Below, piece after piece: positions 55,553 to 64,000 of a DNA stretch of 64,000 bases (its first letter is position 1; each line of letters opens with the position of its first letter). A program made the translations under genes and the position numbers. The stretch comes from Pedosphaera sp. Lineage in GTDB: Bacteria > Verrucomicrobiota > Verrucomicrobiia > Limisphaerales > UBA9464. The notes below the pieces were generated by a model. It was not told where the DNA came from, made no database searches, and worked only from the letters and a program-made list of their open reading frames with translations. The DNA lies in assembly GCA_009695205.1 (NCBI GenBank), contig SIBK01000014.1, positions 1,317-65,316 on the forward strand, written 5' to 3'.

Positions 55553-58500
55553 TCACTCTTTAGTAATCGTTTCATCGAGGTTCAGCAGCACATTGGCCAC
55601 GGTGGTCCAGGCAACCAGGTTCAATTCATTCAGTTTCTCGGCGCGTTTGGCTTCACCGGTCGATAGGAGATCTACGGCGGCTTTCAAATCGTTCTGATAC
55701 ACAAGGACCATGTCCGCATGGATGCCCGCAAGGATTTTTCTCTCCTTCGGCGAGGGCGGACGGGCTAATACGGTTTTATAGGCGAAGTTAATCTGTTGAT
55801 TCAAATCCGATCCGCCATCGCGCAGAACACGCTCGGCCAGGACACGCGCCGCCTCGACGAACCCTTTCTCGTTGAGCGTGACGAACGCCTGCAGCGGCGT
55901 GCAGGTCATGCCCCGTTGCTCGGTGCAAATTGCGCGATCGGGTGCGTCGAAAGTCATTAGAGTAGGATTGAGTACGGTTCGCTTCCATAGCGTGTAGAGA
56001 CTGCGCCGGTGGAGATCAGCACCTTTGCTCTCCTCGTATTTGTTGCCACCAAACATCTTCTCCTCCCACAATCCTGCCGGTTGATAGGGCTTCACGCTCG
56101 GCCCGCCGGGCGGGCGTTTGCGATCGAGCAATCCGGCGTAATCCAGTGCGCAATCGCGGATGACCTCGGCGCTCAGGCGCAGACGGGGCCCGCGCGCCAG
56201 GAGGCGATTGTTTGGATCGCGCGCGAGGAGTTCTGGGGTCACTTTCGTTGATTGGCGGTAGGTGGCGGACATCACTATTTTCTTCTGTGTCGCCTTGATG
56301 TCCCATCCACCATCGATGAACTCGCGGGACAGCCAGTCGAGAAGATCTGGATGTGACGGGAGTTCGCCCTGAGTGCCGAAGTCATTGCCGGTTTTCACTA
56401 AGCCGGTCCCAAAATATTGGGCCCAGTAGCGGTTCACCGTTACACGACTGAGCTGCGGATGCCTGGGGTCCACGAGCCACTTTGCCAGTGTCAGCCGGTT
56501 GGTTTTCTCAGACGCTGGGAGTGGCGGCAGGATGTGAGGTACACCGGCCACGACCTTGTCGCCCTTGGCTCGGTAATCGCCGCGGATTCGAATTTGGGTC
56601 ACTCGAGGCTGAGCCATGTCTTCCATCACCCGGAGCGTCGGGATCTTTCCATCAAGATCCTTTGCCGCCGTACGCGCGTCCGCCAGTTTTGTGTTCGACG
56701 TCTTAAGCTCCGGCGAAAAAGTATTTCGATAATATACCTGCAATTCCGTCTTCTGCGCTTCGGCGACGCGACCTGGAACGACGAAGAGGGTTGACTGGAC
56801 GGGTTGCGGCAGGCTGGCGAAATCATCGAGACCGCGGACGGAACTCGTCGCAAGACGGAAGCGACCCAGGACCTGCATGGGCGTGCTGGATTCAAATTTG
56901 AGCTTCACGTTCAAGCGAGTACCGCCCGCGAACGTGATTGGGCTCTTGGTGAGGAAGATGGCTTGGCGGTTTACTCGGAGTTCCACGTTATGCCCATCGA
57001 CCGCCCAGCCGGTATCCGCATTGCTGTCCAACGCGGCCTTGACATTAGAATCCTTCTGACTGTAGTCCGCCAGCGCGTTGTCGAACTCGAAGGGATACTT
57101 TGTCACCGGCTGTTTTGCAGGCGCGAACAGAAATCCATAGAGACCACCGCCGTGATGCACCTTGATGAGCAGACTGTTTTCGCCAGGCTTTAGCAGTACC
57201 ATCCCCTCATCCGGGGCGGGCGCAACACGGCGGAAAATTTTTCCGCCTTGGACTTTTGCCCCATTGATCGACAGTTGAATACCGCCATCACTCCCGAAGG
57301 TTAGGTTGATGAAACGAGCTGTCTTCACGGTGATCTTCCGGTGGAAGTAGGTGACCTGATTTTCTCCGGAAAGCGCCTGGGTCGATCCGTCCTTCCAATC
57401 CGGCATTTCCTTCCAGCGGAGTCTTTCCTCGTCGTAGGTCTTTTTGAAATCCAGCTCCGTCTCATTGATGAACGCTTTCTCGAAAACTTCCTTCACCGAG
57501 CCCGCCTTGAATGGTCCGAGAGCGGACCAGGCCCCCCATACAATCTCGCTCATCGGCAGTTCCTTGGCCGAGTCCGCACTTTCCGCTTCGACCTCAAACC
57601 CGGTCAGGATGAAGTTGCCATTCGTCCCGCGACTGGCTCCTTTGAGCGGGAGGCTGTCGTCGGTCAACGCTTCCAGCCGAAGTGCGGTCAATTCAGGGTC
57701 GTTGGTTTCGAGCGAAATGGTATAAGTTTCCTTCGCCGCATTCGTGCCATGGGCGAGAACGGAATGGTCGTCGAGTATTTTCAACTCTGCGCCGCTTGAG
57801 GTGGAAATGAGCGTCGGCTTCAGGGTGTGCCAGCCGGAATGAATACGCTGCCGCTGCTTCTCCTCCCACGCGGTCTGTTCTCGGCTCAGGCCATCGTCTG
57901 GTTTGTCAAGCAACACACGGCGCTGCTCTTCCAGAGTGGCGATCTCGTTGGTTAGTGTGGTCAGCGACGCCGCCTGCTCGGGCGTCGGCACCTTCACGAA
58001 CGGCGGCGCCGGATCGCTCTCGAGTCCCTTTTCCGGGATACGATTGAAGAAGTCGTAGAGCTGGTAGTATTCGCGCTGAGTGAATGGGTCGTATTTGTGG
58101 TCGTGGCACTCCGTGCAGGCTGTGCTCGATCCGAGGTAAACGGTGCCAAAGGTATTTACGCGGTCGGTCACGTACTTGTTCATGTATTCGTCCGGGTCCG
58201 CGCCCCCTTCCGTGCTGCTCATTCCGTTCCGGTTGAAGGCGGTGGCAATTCGCTGATCGAGCGTGGGATGAGGCAGGAGATCACCGGCAAGCTGTTCAAT
58301 GGTGAATTGATCGAACGGTTTGTTGTCGTTGAACGAGCGGATGACGTAGTCCCGATATTGCCACATGGAACGTGCGGCGTCGGCGTGGTAGCCGTCCGAG
58401 TCCGCATAGCGCGCCAGGTCAAGCCATTGTTGGGCGGACTTTTCTCCAAACGCCTGCGAGGCAAGCAATCGATCGACTATCTTCTCATAGGCGCCTGGAG

Positions 58501-59146
58501 TTTTGTCGGAGAGAAATGCGTCCACTTCGTCTAGGGTCGGAGGGAGCCCCGTGAGGTCCAGTGTTGCCCGGCGGATGAGGGTATGCTTCTCAGCCTCTGG
58601 GGATGGCTTCAACCCCTCCGCCTCCAATCGTGCCAGAATGAAGGCGTCGATCTCATTGCGAGGCCATGCCTTGTTCTTTACGGGGGGTAGCGGAGGGCGT
58701 TCCGGTGCGAGATAGGCCCAGTGCTGCTTGAATTCGGCGCCCTGCGCAATCCAGTCGCGAAGGAGCTCGATTTGTTCCTGGGTTAGCCGCTTGCCGGTCT
58801 TCTTGGGTGGCATGCGCTCGTCGTCCTCCGGAGTGGCTATGACTTTCAACACGAGGCTTTTTTCCAGATCGCCCGGAACGACCGCGCGCCCGCCAGACTC
58901 GAGTTGAGCGGTCGCATCTTTCCGCAAGTCGAGGCGCAGCCCGGCTTTGCGCTTGTTTTTGTCCGGTCCATGGCAGGCAAAACAATTCTCGGAAAGGATG
59001 GGACGGACATCACGATTGAAGTCGATCGCCTTCTGTCGGTTGGCACGAATCGGCTTGGCCCATGCCGAATTCAGCCCAAGCGAGACGAGAATCAAGAAAA
59101 CACACAGGCGACGCCTTCCAGAAAATACAGTTCGATTCAGGCTCAT
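55553..59146 (-). CDS. PSCyt/DUF1549/DUF1553 (PSD1) giant protein with cytochrome-c motif
   Basis: It has a signal peptide, CFACHGPDKNKRKAGLRLD, a DUF1549-like region (IDAFILARLEAEGL), a central insert of several hundred residues with no family I recognise and a DUF1553-like C-terminus. It is 1197 aa. Confidence 0.85.
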   Translation of the reverse strand: MSLNRTVFSGRRRLCVFLILVSLGLNSAWAKPIRANRQKAIDFNRDVRPILSENCFACHGPDKNKRKAGLRLDLRKDATAQLESGGRAVVPGDLEKSLVLKVIATPEDDERMPPKKTGKRLTQEQIELLRDWIAQGAEFKQHWAYLAPERPPLPPVKNKAWPRNEIDAFILARLEAEGLKPSPEAEKHTLIRRATLDLTGLPPTLDEVDAFLSDKTPGAYEKIVDRLLASQAFGEKSAQQWLDLARYADSDGYHADAARSMWQYRDYVIRSFNDNKPFDQFTIEQLAGDLLPHPTLDQRIATAFNRNGMSSTEGGADPDEYMNKYVTDRVNTFGTVYLGSSTACTECHDHKYDPFTQREYYQLYDFFNRIPEKGLESDPAPPFVKVPTPEQAASLTTLTNEIATLEEQRRVLLDKPDDGLSREQTAWEEKQRQRIHSGWHTLKPTLISTSSGAELKILDDHSVLAHGTNAAKETYTISLETNDPELTALRLEALTDDSLPLKGASRGTNGNFILTGFEVEAESADSAKELPMSEIVWGAWSALGPFKAGSVKEVFEKAFINETELDFKKTYDEERLRWKEMPDWKDGSTQALSGENQVTYFHRKITVKTARFINLTFGSDGGIQLSINGAKVQGGKIFRRVAPAPDEGMVLLKPGENSLLIKVHHGGGLYGFLFAPAKQPVTKYPFEFDNALADYSQKDSNVKAALDSNADTGWAVDGHNVELRVNRQAIFLTKSPITFAGGTRLNVKLKFESSTPMQVLGRFRLATSSVRGLDDFASLPQPVQSTLFVVPGRVAEAQKTELQVYYRNTFSPELKTSNTKLADARTAAKDLDGKIPTLRVMEDMAQPRVTQIRIRGDYRAKGDKVVAGVPHILPPLPASEKTNRLTLAKWLVDPRHPQLSRVTVNRYWAQYFGTGLVKTGNDFGTQGELPSHPDLLDWLSREFIDGGWDIKATQKKIVMSATYRQSTKVTPELLARDPNNRLLARGPRLRLSAEVIRDCALDYAGLLDRKRPPGGPSVKPYQPAGLWEEKMFGGNKYEESKGADLHRRSLYTLWKRTVLNPTLMTFDAPDRAICTEQRGMTCTPLQAFVTLNEKGFVEAARVLAERVLRDGGSDLNQQINFAYKTVLARPPSPKERKILAGIHADMVLVYQNDLKAAVDLLSTGEAKRAEKLNELNLVAWTTVANVLLNLDETITKE

Positions 59147-60110
59147 GTTCTTGTTTGATACCCCGAAAGGCCTTCGGGAGTCTAGGCCTCAAAAAAGCTA
59201 TCGCACCGGGCGCGCAGATTATCTCAAAGTCGGCGTCGTGGCCTACCGCTTCAAACGTCGCGAGCCAGTCCCCGATGCCTTCGTGCGCATCGTGGACGAA
59301 CAATTCCTCGGTCTCATCGCCAACCTGCGCAAGGAGACCGGTGCTGGCATTCATGAAGCCCGCAAGCATTGCAAGAGGCTCCGGGCCCTCCTGAAACTCA
59401 TGGCCAGCCTGCCCAAGGCCGCCGTCGCGAAGGCCGACGCTGCTCTGGAAAAGGTCGCGTGGGCGCTCGCTCCGGTTCGCAATGCCGAGGTGCGGCTCCA
59501 CACGCTGGACAGCATGCTGAACCGCGCCGACGTCCCGGTTCGGGCAGAATTGACCCTTGTGCGCTCGCAGCTCGCGCGGGAGGCCACCTCCGCGCGTCGG
59601 CTCGCGCTGAAATCGGCCGACCTGCGCGACATCGTCGCGATGGCCATCGCAGCTCAGGCTCGGGTCCGCGCCCTGCCAATTGTTCATAAAGGCTGGCGGG
59701 CGCTCGCGCCGGGATTGCACGACACCTACCAGCGTGGACGGAAGGTGTTTGCAGTGGCTCTCGACGACGCATCGCCAGAGGTTCGCCACCGCTGGCGTCG
59801 GCACGTAAAAAGCATGGGATATCACCTCCGCATGTTTCAAAGCACCGATCCGAGGAAGCTCGGCATGCTCGCCCGCGAATTCGAGGCACTCGGCGACGAG
59901 CACGATCTAATCTTGCTAGGGGAGCATCTCGAAGCCCGCGGGAAGCGCCACCGCACGCTTGCTTCCTCCGAGGGTCTCACAGAGCTCATCTGCCGCCGTT
60001 GGAACGATCTGCGGCGTTCCGCAGACACGTTCGGCCGTGCTTTGTACAAGGCGAAGCCTCGGGAGTTTGAAGCGCAGATGGAACATGCTTGGCGGCGTTG
60101 GCACGCGTGA
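59145..60110 (+). CDS. CHAD domain protein (start uncertain)
   Basis: IHEARKHCKRLRALLKL, repeated helical segments and a second HRWRRHVKSMGYHLRM motif are typical of CHAD. The ATG at 59145 overlaps the divergent start of the PSD1 gene. An in-frame GTG at 59238 is an alternative start. Confidence 0.65.
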   Translation: MFLFDTPKGLRESRPQKSYRTGRADYLKVGVVAYRFKRREPVPDAFVRIVDEQFLGLIANLRKETGAGIHEARKHCKRLRALLKLMASLPKAAVAKADAALEKVAWALAPVRNAEVRLHTLDSMLNRADVPVRAELTLVRSQLAREATSARRLALKSADLRDIVAMAIAAQARVRALPIVHKGWRALAPGLHDTYQRGRKVFAVALDDASPEVRHRWRRHVKSMGYHLRMFQSTDPRKLGMLAREFEALGDEHDLILLGEHLEARGKRHRTLASSEGLTELICRRWNDLRRSADTFGRALYKAKPREFEAQMEHAWRRWHA

Positions 60111-60416
60111 CAGGTGTTGCCGGTTGTTCACCGCCACGATGACGTGCGCTCGCGAACATGCTGGCCGACAATCGGGTAGTCCCGAGGCTCAGGAGGATTG
60201 GATGTGACGGGCCGTTGGGGCGGTGCGTGTTGGAGCGAAGATTGGTATTCGAGTTTCCGCATTATCCTTAAGATGTTGACCCGAAGCAACCCGCACCCGA
60301 CGCTGCTTTGTCTGCGGGCGCCTTAAGCCGGGTCCTACATTCGTCTTGCGGGCTAATTCTGGAAGTTTACTGTGCCCGAAACTTTGTCTCCGAGATCGCA
60401 ATCATCTGTTCCTCCC

Positions 60417-61400
60417 ATGGGCCATATTTACAACAACATCGTGGAAACCGTCGGCCGCACTCCGCTCGTCCGTTTGAATCGCGTGACGGCAGGGCTACAC
60501 GCTTCGGTTCTCTTGAAGTGTGAATTCTTCAATCCGCTGGGATCGGTCAAGGACCGCATCGGCATGGCGATGATCGACGATGCGGAGCGGCGGGGCATTT
60601 TGAAGCCGGATACCACGATCATTGAACCGACCAGCGGCAATACGGGGATCGCCCTTGCGTTTGTCGCTGCGGCGAAGGGGTACAAGCTCATATTGACCAT
60701 GCCGGAGACGATGTCTGTGGAGCGCCGGACACTGCTCGCCTTGCTTGGAGCGAAGCTGGTTTTGACGCCAGGGACCGAGGGCATGAAGGGGGCAATTGCC
60801 CGGGCTGAACAGTTGGCGCGCGAAACGCCCGATTCCTGGATTCCGCAGCAGTTCGAGAATCCGGCGAATCCGGAAATTCACCGGAAGACCACTGCCGAGG
60901 AGATCTGGAGTGATACCGACGGCGCGGTGGATATTCTAGTGTCGGCGGTGGGCACCGGGGGTACGATTACGGGCTGCTGCGAAGTGATCAAGGCCCGCAA
61001 GCCATCCTTCCGGGCAATTGCGGTGGAGCCGAAGGATTCCCCTGTGATCACCCAGACGCTGAACGGGGAGCCGGTGAAGCCGGGCCCGCACAAAATCCAG
61101 GGCACCGGCGCGGGATTTGTTCCCAAGAATCTCCATTTGAAGGACGCGAACGGCGGACCGCAGATCACCGAGACGGTTCTGGTGACAAACGACGATTCCT
61201 TTGCCATGGCCCGACGCCTCGCAAAGGAAGAGGGGCTTTTGGTAGGGATCTCGACGGGTGCAAACGTATGGGCGGCCATTGAGGTCGCCAAACGTCCGGA
61301 AAATCGAGGCAAAACAATCGTGACCATCGCCTGCTCGACCGGTGAACGGTATCTCTCGACGGCCCTGGCTGCTGAGGCGAGAGCGGAAGTCGGAGGCTGA
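60417..61400 (+). CDS. cysK: cysteine synthase A (O-acetylserine sulfhydrylase)
   Basis: [12 protein letters not shown], the PLP lysine context [20 protein letters not shown] and GTGGTITG are present. The start is at MGHIYNN (ATG 60417). Confidence 0.9.
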   Translation: MGHIYNNIVETVGRTPLVRLNRVTAGLHASVLLKCEFFNPLGSVKDRIGMAMIDDAERRGILKPDTTIIEPTSGNTGIALAFVAAAKGYKLILTMPETMSVERRTLLALLGAKLVLTPGTEGMKGAIARAEQLARETPDSWIPQQFENPANPEIHRKTTAEEIWSDTDGAVDILVSAVGTGGTITGCCEVIKARKPSFRAIAVEPKDSPVITQTLNGEPVKPGPHKIQGTGAGFVPKNLHLKDANGGPQITETVLVTNDDSFAMARRLAKEEGLLVGISTGANVWAAIEVAKRPENRGKTIVTIACSTGERYLSTALAAEARAEVGG

Positions 61401-61406
61401 GCACTG

Positions 61407-62897
61407 TTACGCCTGAAAAGTTGAGGGCGTGATTTCCCGCAATTCCTTTGAAACGAGTTCCGGGAATCGGCACTCGGCGCAGACAGCATTCGATCGATCA
61501 CAAAAATCCCGGACTATCTGAAGCAAACCCTGCTGCTCCGCTGCCGTACGGGGTCGAGTTTTCGAGTGAGATCCGAGGAGTCGTTCGCGGGCGAGTTTGA
61601 GTACGGCGTTGTCTTCGCTGGCGGGCCATTCGGTGTGCAGGGCAACAATGTGATTCTGAATGCCGGGTTCCGCGCCGTGTTGAGAGCGAGCCCACAACCA
61701 GGGAAGCACGACATTGACGGCCAGATCCGTGGCACGAGGCTGACCGAGAAGCGGCTGCGGCTGTCGGAAACAAGGAGACAAGCAGGTCCAATGCCGGGAC
61801 CAGAACGGGTCATCGGGTGGGCGAAGTTGCTCCAGAAATCTTCTGGCGGCGCTGCGGCCGGGTGTTGCGGATAGCAGCGATTTTTCCAGGCGTGTGGCGA
61901 GAGTACCCGATGCGATCCAATGAGCCGCCAGAGCAAGGCGTCGGTGCGGATAATTCAACGGGCGCACACCGGACCAGCGCCAGGCAATTGCGGGCAAAAC
62001 CTCCTGAACAAATTTGTCGTGCTCCCGCCACCAACAATCCCAAAGCGTCCGGACCCATTTCCCAGACGGGCCACAGGGCAGATTGTGGGGCAGCAGGCCG
62101 GCTATTCCCAAGAGCCGCGCCTGCCAGACAAGAATTTCTTCCGAACGATTGCCTCGATCGGCAGTTTCGTTCAGAGGTTGTTTCGGGGTCGCTGCGAGTG
62201 TTGGGAGGAGCACTTCCGCCAGCCTCCGGAAGGGCCATGAATTGTGCTTGTAACCAAGTGCGGCAAACAATCCCTCCCACAGCGCTTGTTCCCAGCCGCA
62301 TTGCCGGGCGCGCCCCTCAAAGCAGGCGGCCTTCTGTTCGAAGCGAATGCGTGCGGCCTGCTGCCACAATTCTGAGAGGATCGGGCCCGGAAGTTGTTCC
62401 AACGGTGAGCAGCATTTCCCGGCCGTCAGGTCCGGGAACTCGGATCCTGCATTGGAGTCCAGCCACGGGACCAGGTCGGAAAGCGGTGCGTCCAAATAGG
62501 AGTGCAGTGGCAGAGTCGGTGGGACCCCTACCGCCCCGTCTGATTCCCATACTACGTGCAGACAGACTTGTCGGAAGGCTGGATTGCGGTCGTGCCGGTG
62601 CGTCTCCCATCCCCCCTCGTTGACGTCGACCTCAATGTCACCTCGAATGGGTTTTTCGGTATCGAACTGAACAATGCCTCCGCGGAAATCGGGTCCAGAC
62701 TCCCGGTTCCAAAAGCCGGGATGTAGGACCCGGACCGCCCGTCCATCGGTGAGCCGCAACGATTCCCGGACGATACGCTGGTGCCGCCAGATCTGCTGTA
62801 GCCAACGTTCAGGTGGCGGGCGGGGGCCATCTGCCAGAGTCTGGCGAGGCCGGAGTATCGCGAGCCAACGTCGGTACAGGTCGGGTGAAAGTATCAT
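61407..62897 (-). CDS. DUF2851 family protein
   Basis: ERWLQQIWRHQRI ... LRLTDGRAVRVLHPGFWNRESGPDFRGG matches the DUF2851 N-terminal pattern. The ORF is 496 aa. Confidence 0.7.
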   Translation of the reverse strand: MILSPDLYRRWLAILRPRQTLADGPRPPPERWLQQIWRHQRIVRESLRLTDGRAVRVLHPGFWNRESGPDFRGGIVQFDTEKPIRGDIEVDVNEGGWETHRHDRNPAFRQVCLHVVWESDGAVGVPPTLPLHSYLDAPLSDLVPWLDSNAGSEFPDLTAGKCCSPLEQLPGPILSELWQQAARIRFEQKAACFEGRARQCGWEQALWEGLFAALGYKHNSWPFRRLAEVLLPTLAATPKQPLNETADRGNRSEEILVWQARLLGIAGLLPHNLPCGPSGKWVRTLWDCWWREHDKFVQEVLPAIAWRWSGVRPLNYPHRRLALAAHWIASGTLATRLEKSLLSATPGRSAARRFLEQLRPPDDPFWSRHWTCLSPCFRQPQPLLGQPRATDLAVNVVLPWLWARSQHGAEPGIQNHIVALHTEWPASEDNAVLKLARERLLGSHSKTRPRTAAEQQGLLQIVRDFCDRSNAVCAECRFPELVSKELREITPSTFQA

Positions 62898-62985
62898 AGA
62901 GTTGGATTTTTGGATTAAGTTGAGCTACATCGCACCGTTGTGTGCCGGGGGTAGATTCCCTGGATTTGAAGCTCTCACTAAGCAT

Positions 62986-64000
62986 ATGAACCGTTGCCGC
63001 TTTCCGATTTCTTTTTTTGTTACCGCTCTTGGGATTGACCTGTGCCTTGCCACTGGGATCTCTGCAGAGTCGTCTACCCCAGAGGCTGGATTTGACATCC
63101 GCCGGGACGCGACAGTGGAAGCGATAGAAAAGGTGCTCCCCGGTGTCGTGAACATTGCTGTCCAAGGATACAACGGCGAGGAGAGCGGTGGTTCAGGAGT
63201 GGTGGTCGATGAAGATGGTTACGTGCTGACCAATGCGCATGTGATCCGCGACGCCCGCCAAATTTGGGTGAAGTTTAATGACGACTCCGCTCCGTATCCA
63301 GCCGAGAAACTGGAACTGACCCGGGCAAAGGATGTTGCACTCCTGCGGTTGCGAGCCCCGGTCGGCAGGCGCTTTCGAGCGGTGAAGTTTGCCAAGGACG
63401 ATGATTTGTTACTGGGCGAAACCGTCATCGCTCTCGGGAACCCGTTCGGCCTTGGCGGCTCTGTGAGCCGTGGAATTATCAGTTCCAAAAGCCGCCGGCG
63501 ACCTGAAGAAGTGCCGCCGGGAGAATTCCTCGAAATCGCCGACTGGCTTCAAACGGACGCATCCATCAATCCTGGCAATTCCGGTGGACCGCTCATCAAT
63601 CTGCGTGGAGAAATGGTCGGTCTAAGTGTCGCCGTTCTTCGTCCGGATATCGGAGCTCAGGGAATTGGATTTGCCATTCCCATCAAGATTGTTTCGAGCG
63701 CTCTTGCCGAAATTCTCACAGGAGAATCTCTTCAGGGGAATTGGTTTGGAGCTCGGTTGAGAGCCGCCACTCGGCCGTTAACCGTACAGGTAGTTCAGCC
63801 AGGGAGCCCTGCGGAAAAGGCCGGACTCCGAGTCGAAGATGTTATTGTCCAGGCCAATGGGGTGCGGCCGGAAACGGTCATCGATTTCAATCGCATTTTG
63901 CAGGCGAGCGGAGATCGTGAAGACGTTCGAATCGTGGTGTCCCAAAATGGGAAGGAGCGGAAATTGACGCTGCGGATGTTGAAGGAAGTTGATTTTTTCA
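62986..64000 (+). CDS. HtrA/DegP-family serine protease (3' end outside the window)
   Basis: This gene is not in the ORF track because no stop lies inside the window. My own translation from ATG 62986 gives MNRCRFPISFFVTALGIDLCLATG (signal), YVLTNAHVIRDA, DVALLRL, TDASINPGNSGGPLINL and a PDZ start (QPGSPAEKAGLRVEDVIV). Confidence 0.8.
   Translation, partial: MNRCRFPISFFVTALGIDLCLATGISAESSTPEAGFDIRRDATVEAIEKVLPGVVNIAVQGYNGEESGGSGVVVDEDGYVLTNAHVIRDARQIWVKFNDDSAPYPAEKLELTRAKDVALLRLRAPVGRRFRAVKFAKDDDLLLGETVIALGNPFGLGGSVSRGIISSKSRRRPEEVPPGEFLEIADWLQTDASINPGNSGGPLINLRGEMVGLSVAVLRPDIGAQGIGFAIPIKIVSSALAEILTGESLQGNWFGARLRAATRPLTVQVVQPGSPAEKAGLRVEDVIVQANGVRPETVIDFNRILQASGDREDVRIVVSQNGKERKLTLRMLKEVDFF

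Noticed and set aside
1-64000. A search by eye for tRNA, rRNA or tmRNA signatures (T-loop GTTCGAATC-type motifs in intergenic DNA), CRISPR-like spaced direct repeats, and transposase, integrase or recombinase ORFs.
   Set aside because: None was found. The only T-loop-like strings (for example at 24598 and 33141) lie inside solid coding regions. The only spaced repeat is the 3-copy structured element reported above. A tRNAscan-SE, Infernal and ISEScan run would be the definitive check.

Overview
The window is GC-rich (by eye high-50s % GC, not computed), densely coding chromosomal DNA with about 55 protein genes. I found no rRNA, tRNA, CRISPR array, transposase or integrase. The gene content points to a PVC-superphylum bacterium, most likely Verrucomicrobiota-like. 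This rests on two DUF1501 genes, one PSCyt/DUF1549/DUF1553 giant, one DUF1587-DUF1592-DUF1588-DUF1585 cytochrome-c protein and two prepilin-type N-methylation proteins (one with an H-X9-DG motif). Most of the window is housekeeping: polX, kdsA, rsmD, rpmB, smpB, rpoZ, htrA, pgsA-pgpA, iscX, ispH, argF, hisD-hisC, pheT, rfaE domain II and cysK. Five things deserve a second look. (1) A ~96-nt structured repeat occurs three times on the + strand (a tandem pair at 41055-41254 and a third copy at 52806-52901). Each copy has a nested helix capped by a GNRA tetraloop, and the conservation pattern argues against protein coding. (2) A three-gene + strand cassette (26658-27698) has ATGA and 14-nt overlaps, ends in a minimal Pol-beta-type nucleotidyltransferase, and is wedged between two minus-strand blocks. 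It is TA- or defence-like and its partner genes are not recognisable. (3) A tight 12-kb, eight-gene minus-strand envelope cluster (27749-39574) holds three SPFH paralogs, two ABC-2-type permeases (one fused to DUF2628), one ABC ATPase with a long low-complexity tail, a P1B metal ATPase and a 510-aa unknown. (4) A single-base frameshift breaks the conserved C-terminus of kdsA. (5) A 490-bp intergenic region contains an AT-rich island. All functional calls come from motif recognition by eye on the supplied translations; no database search was run.
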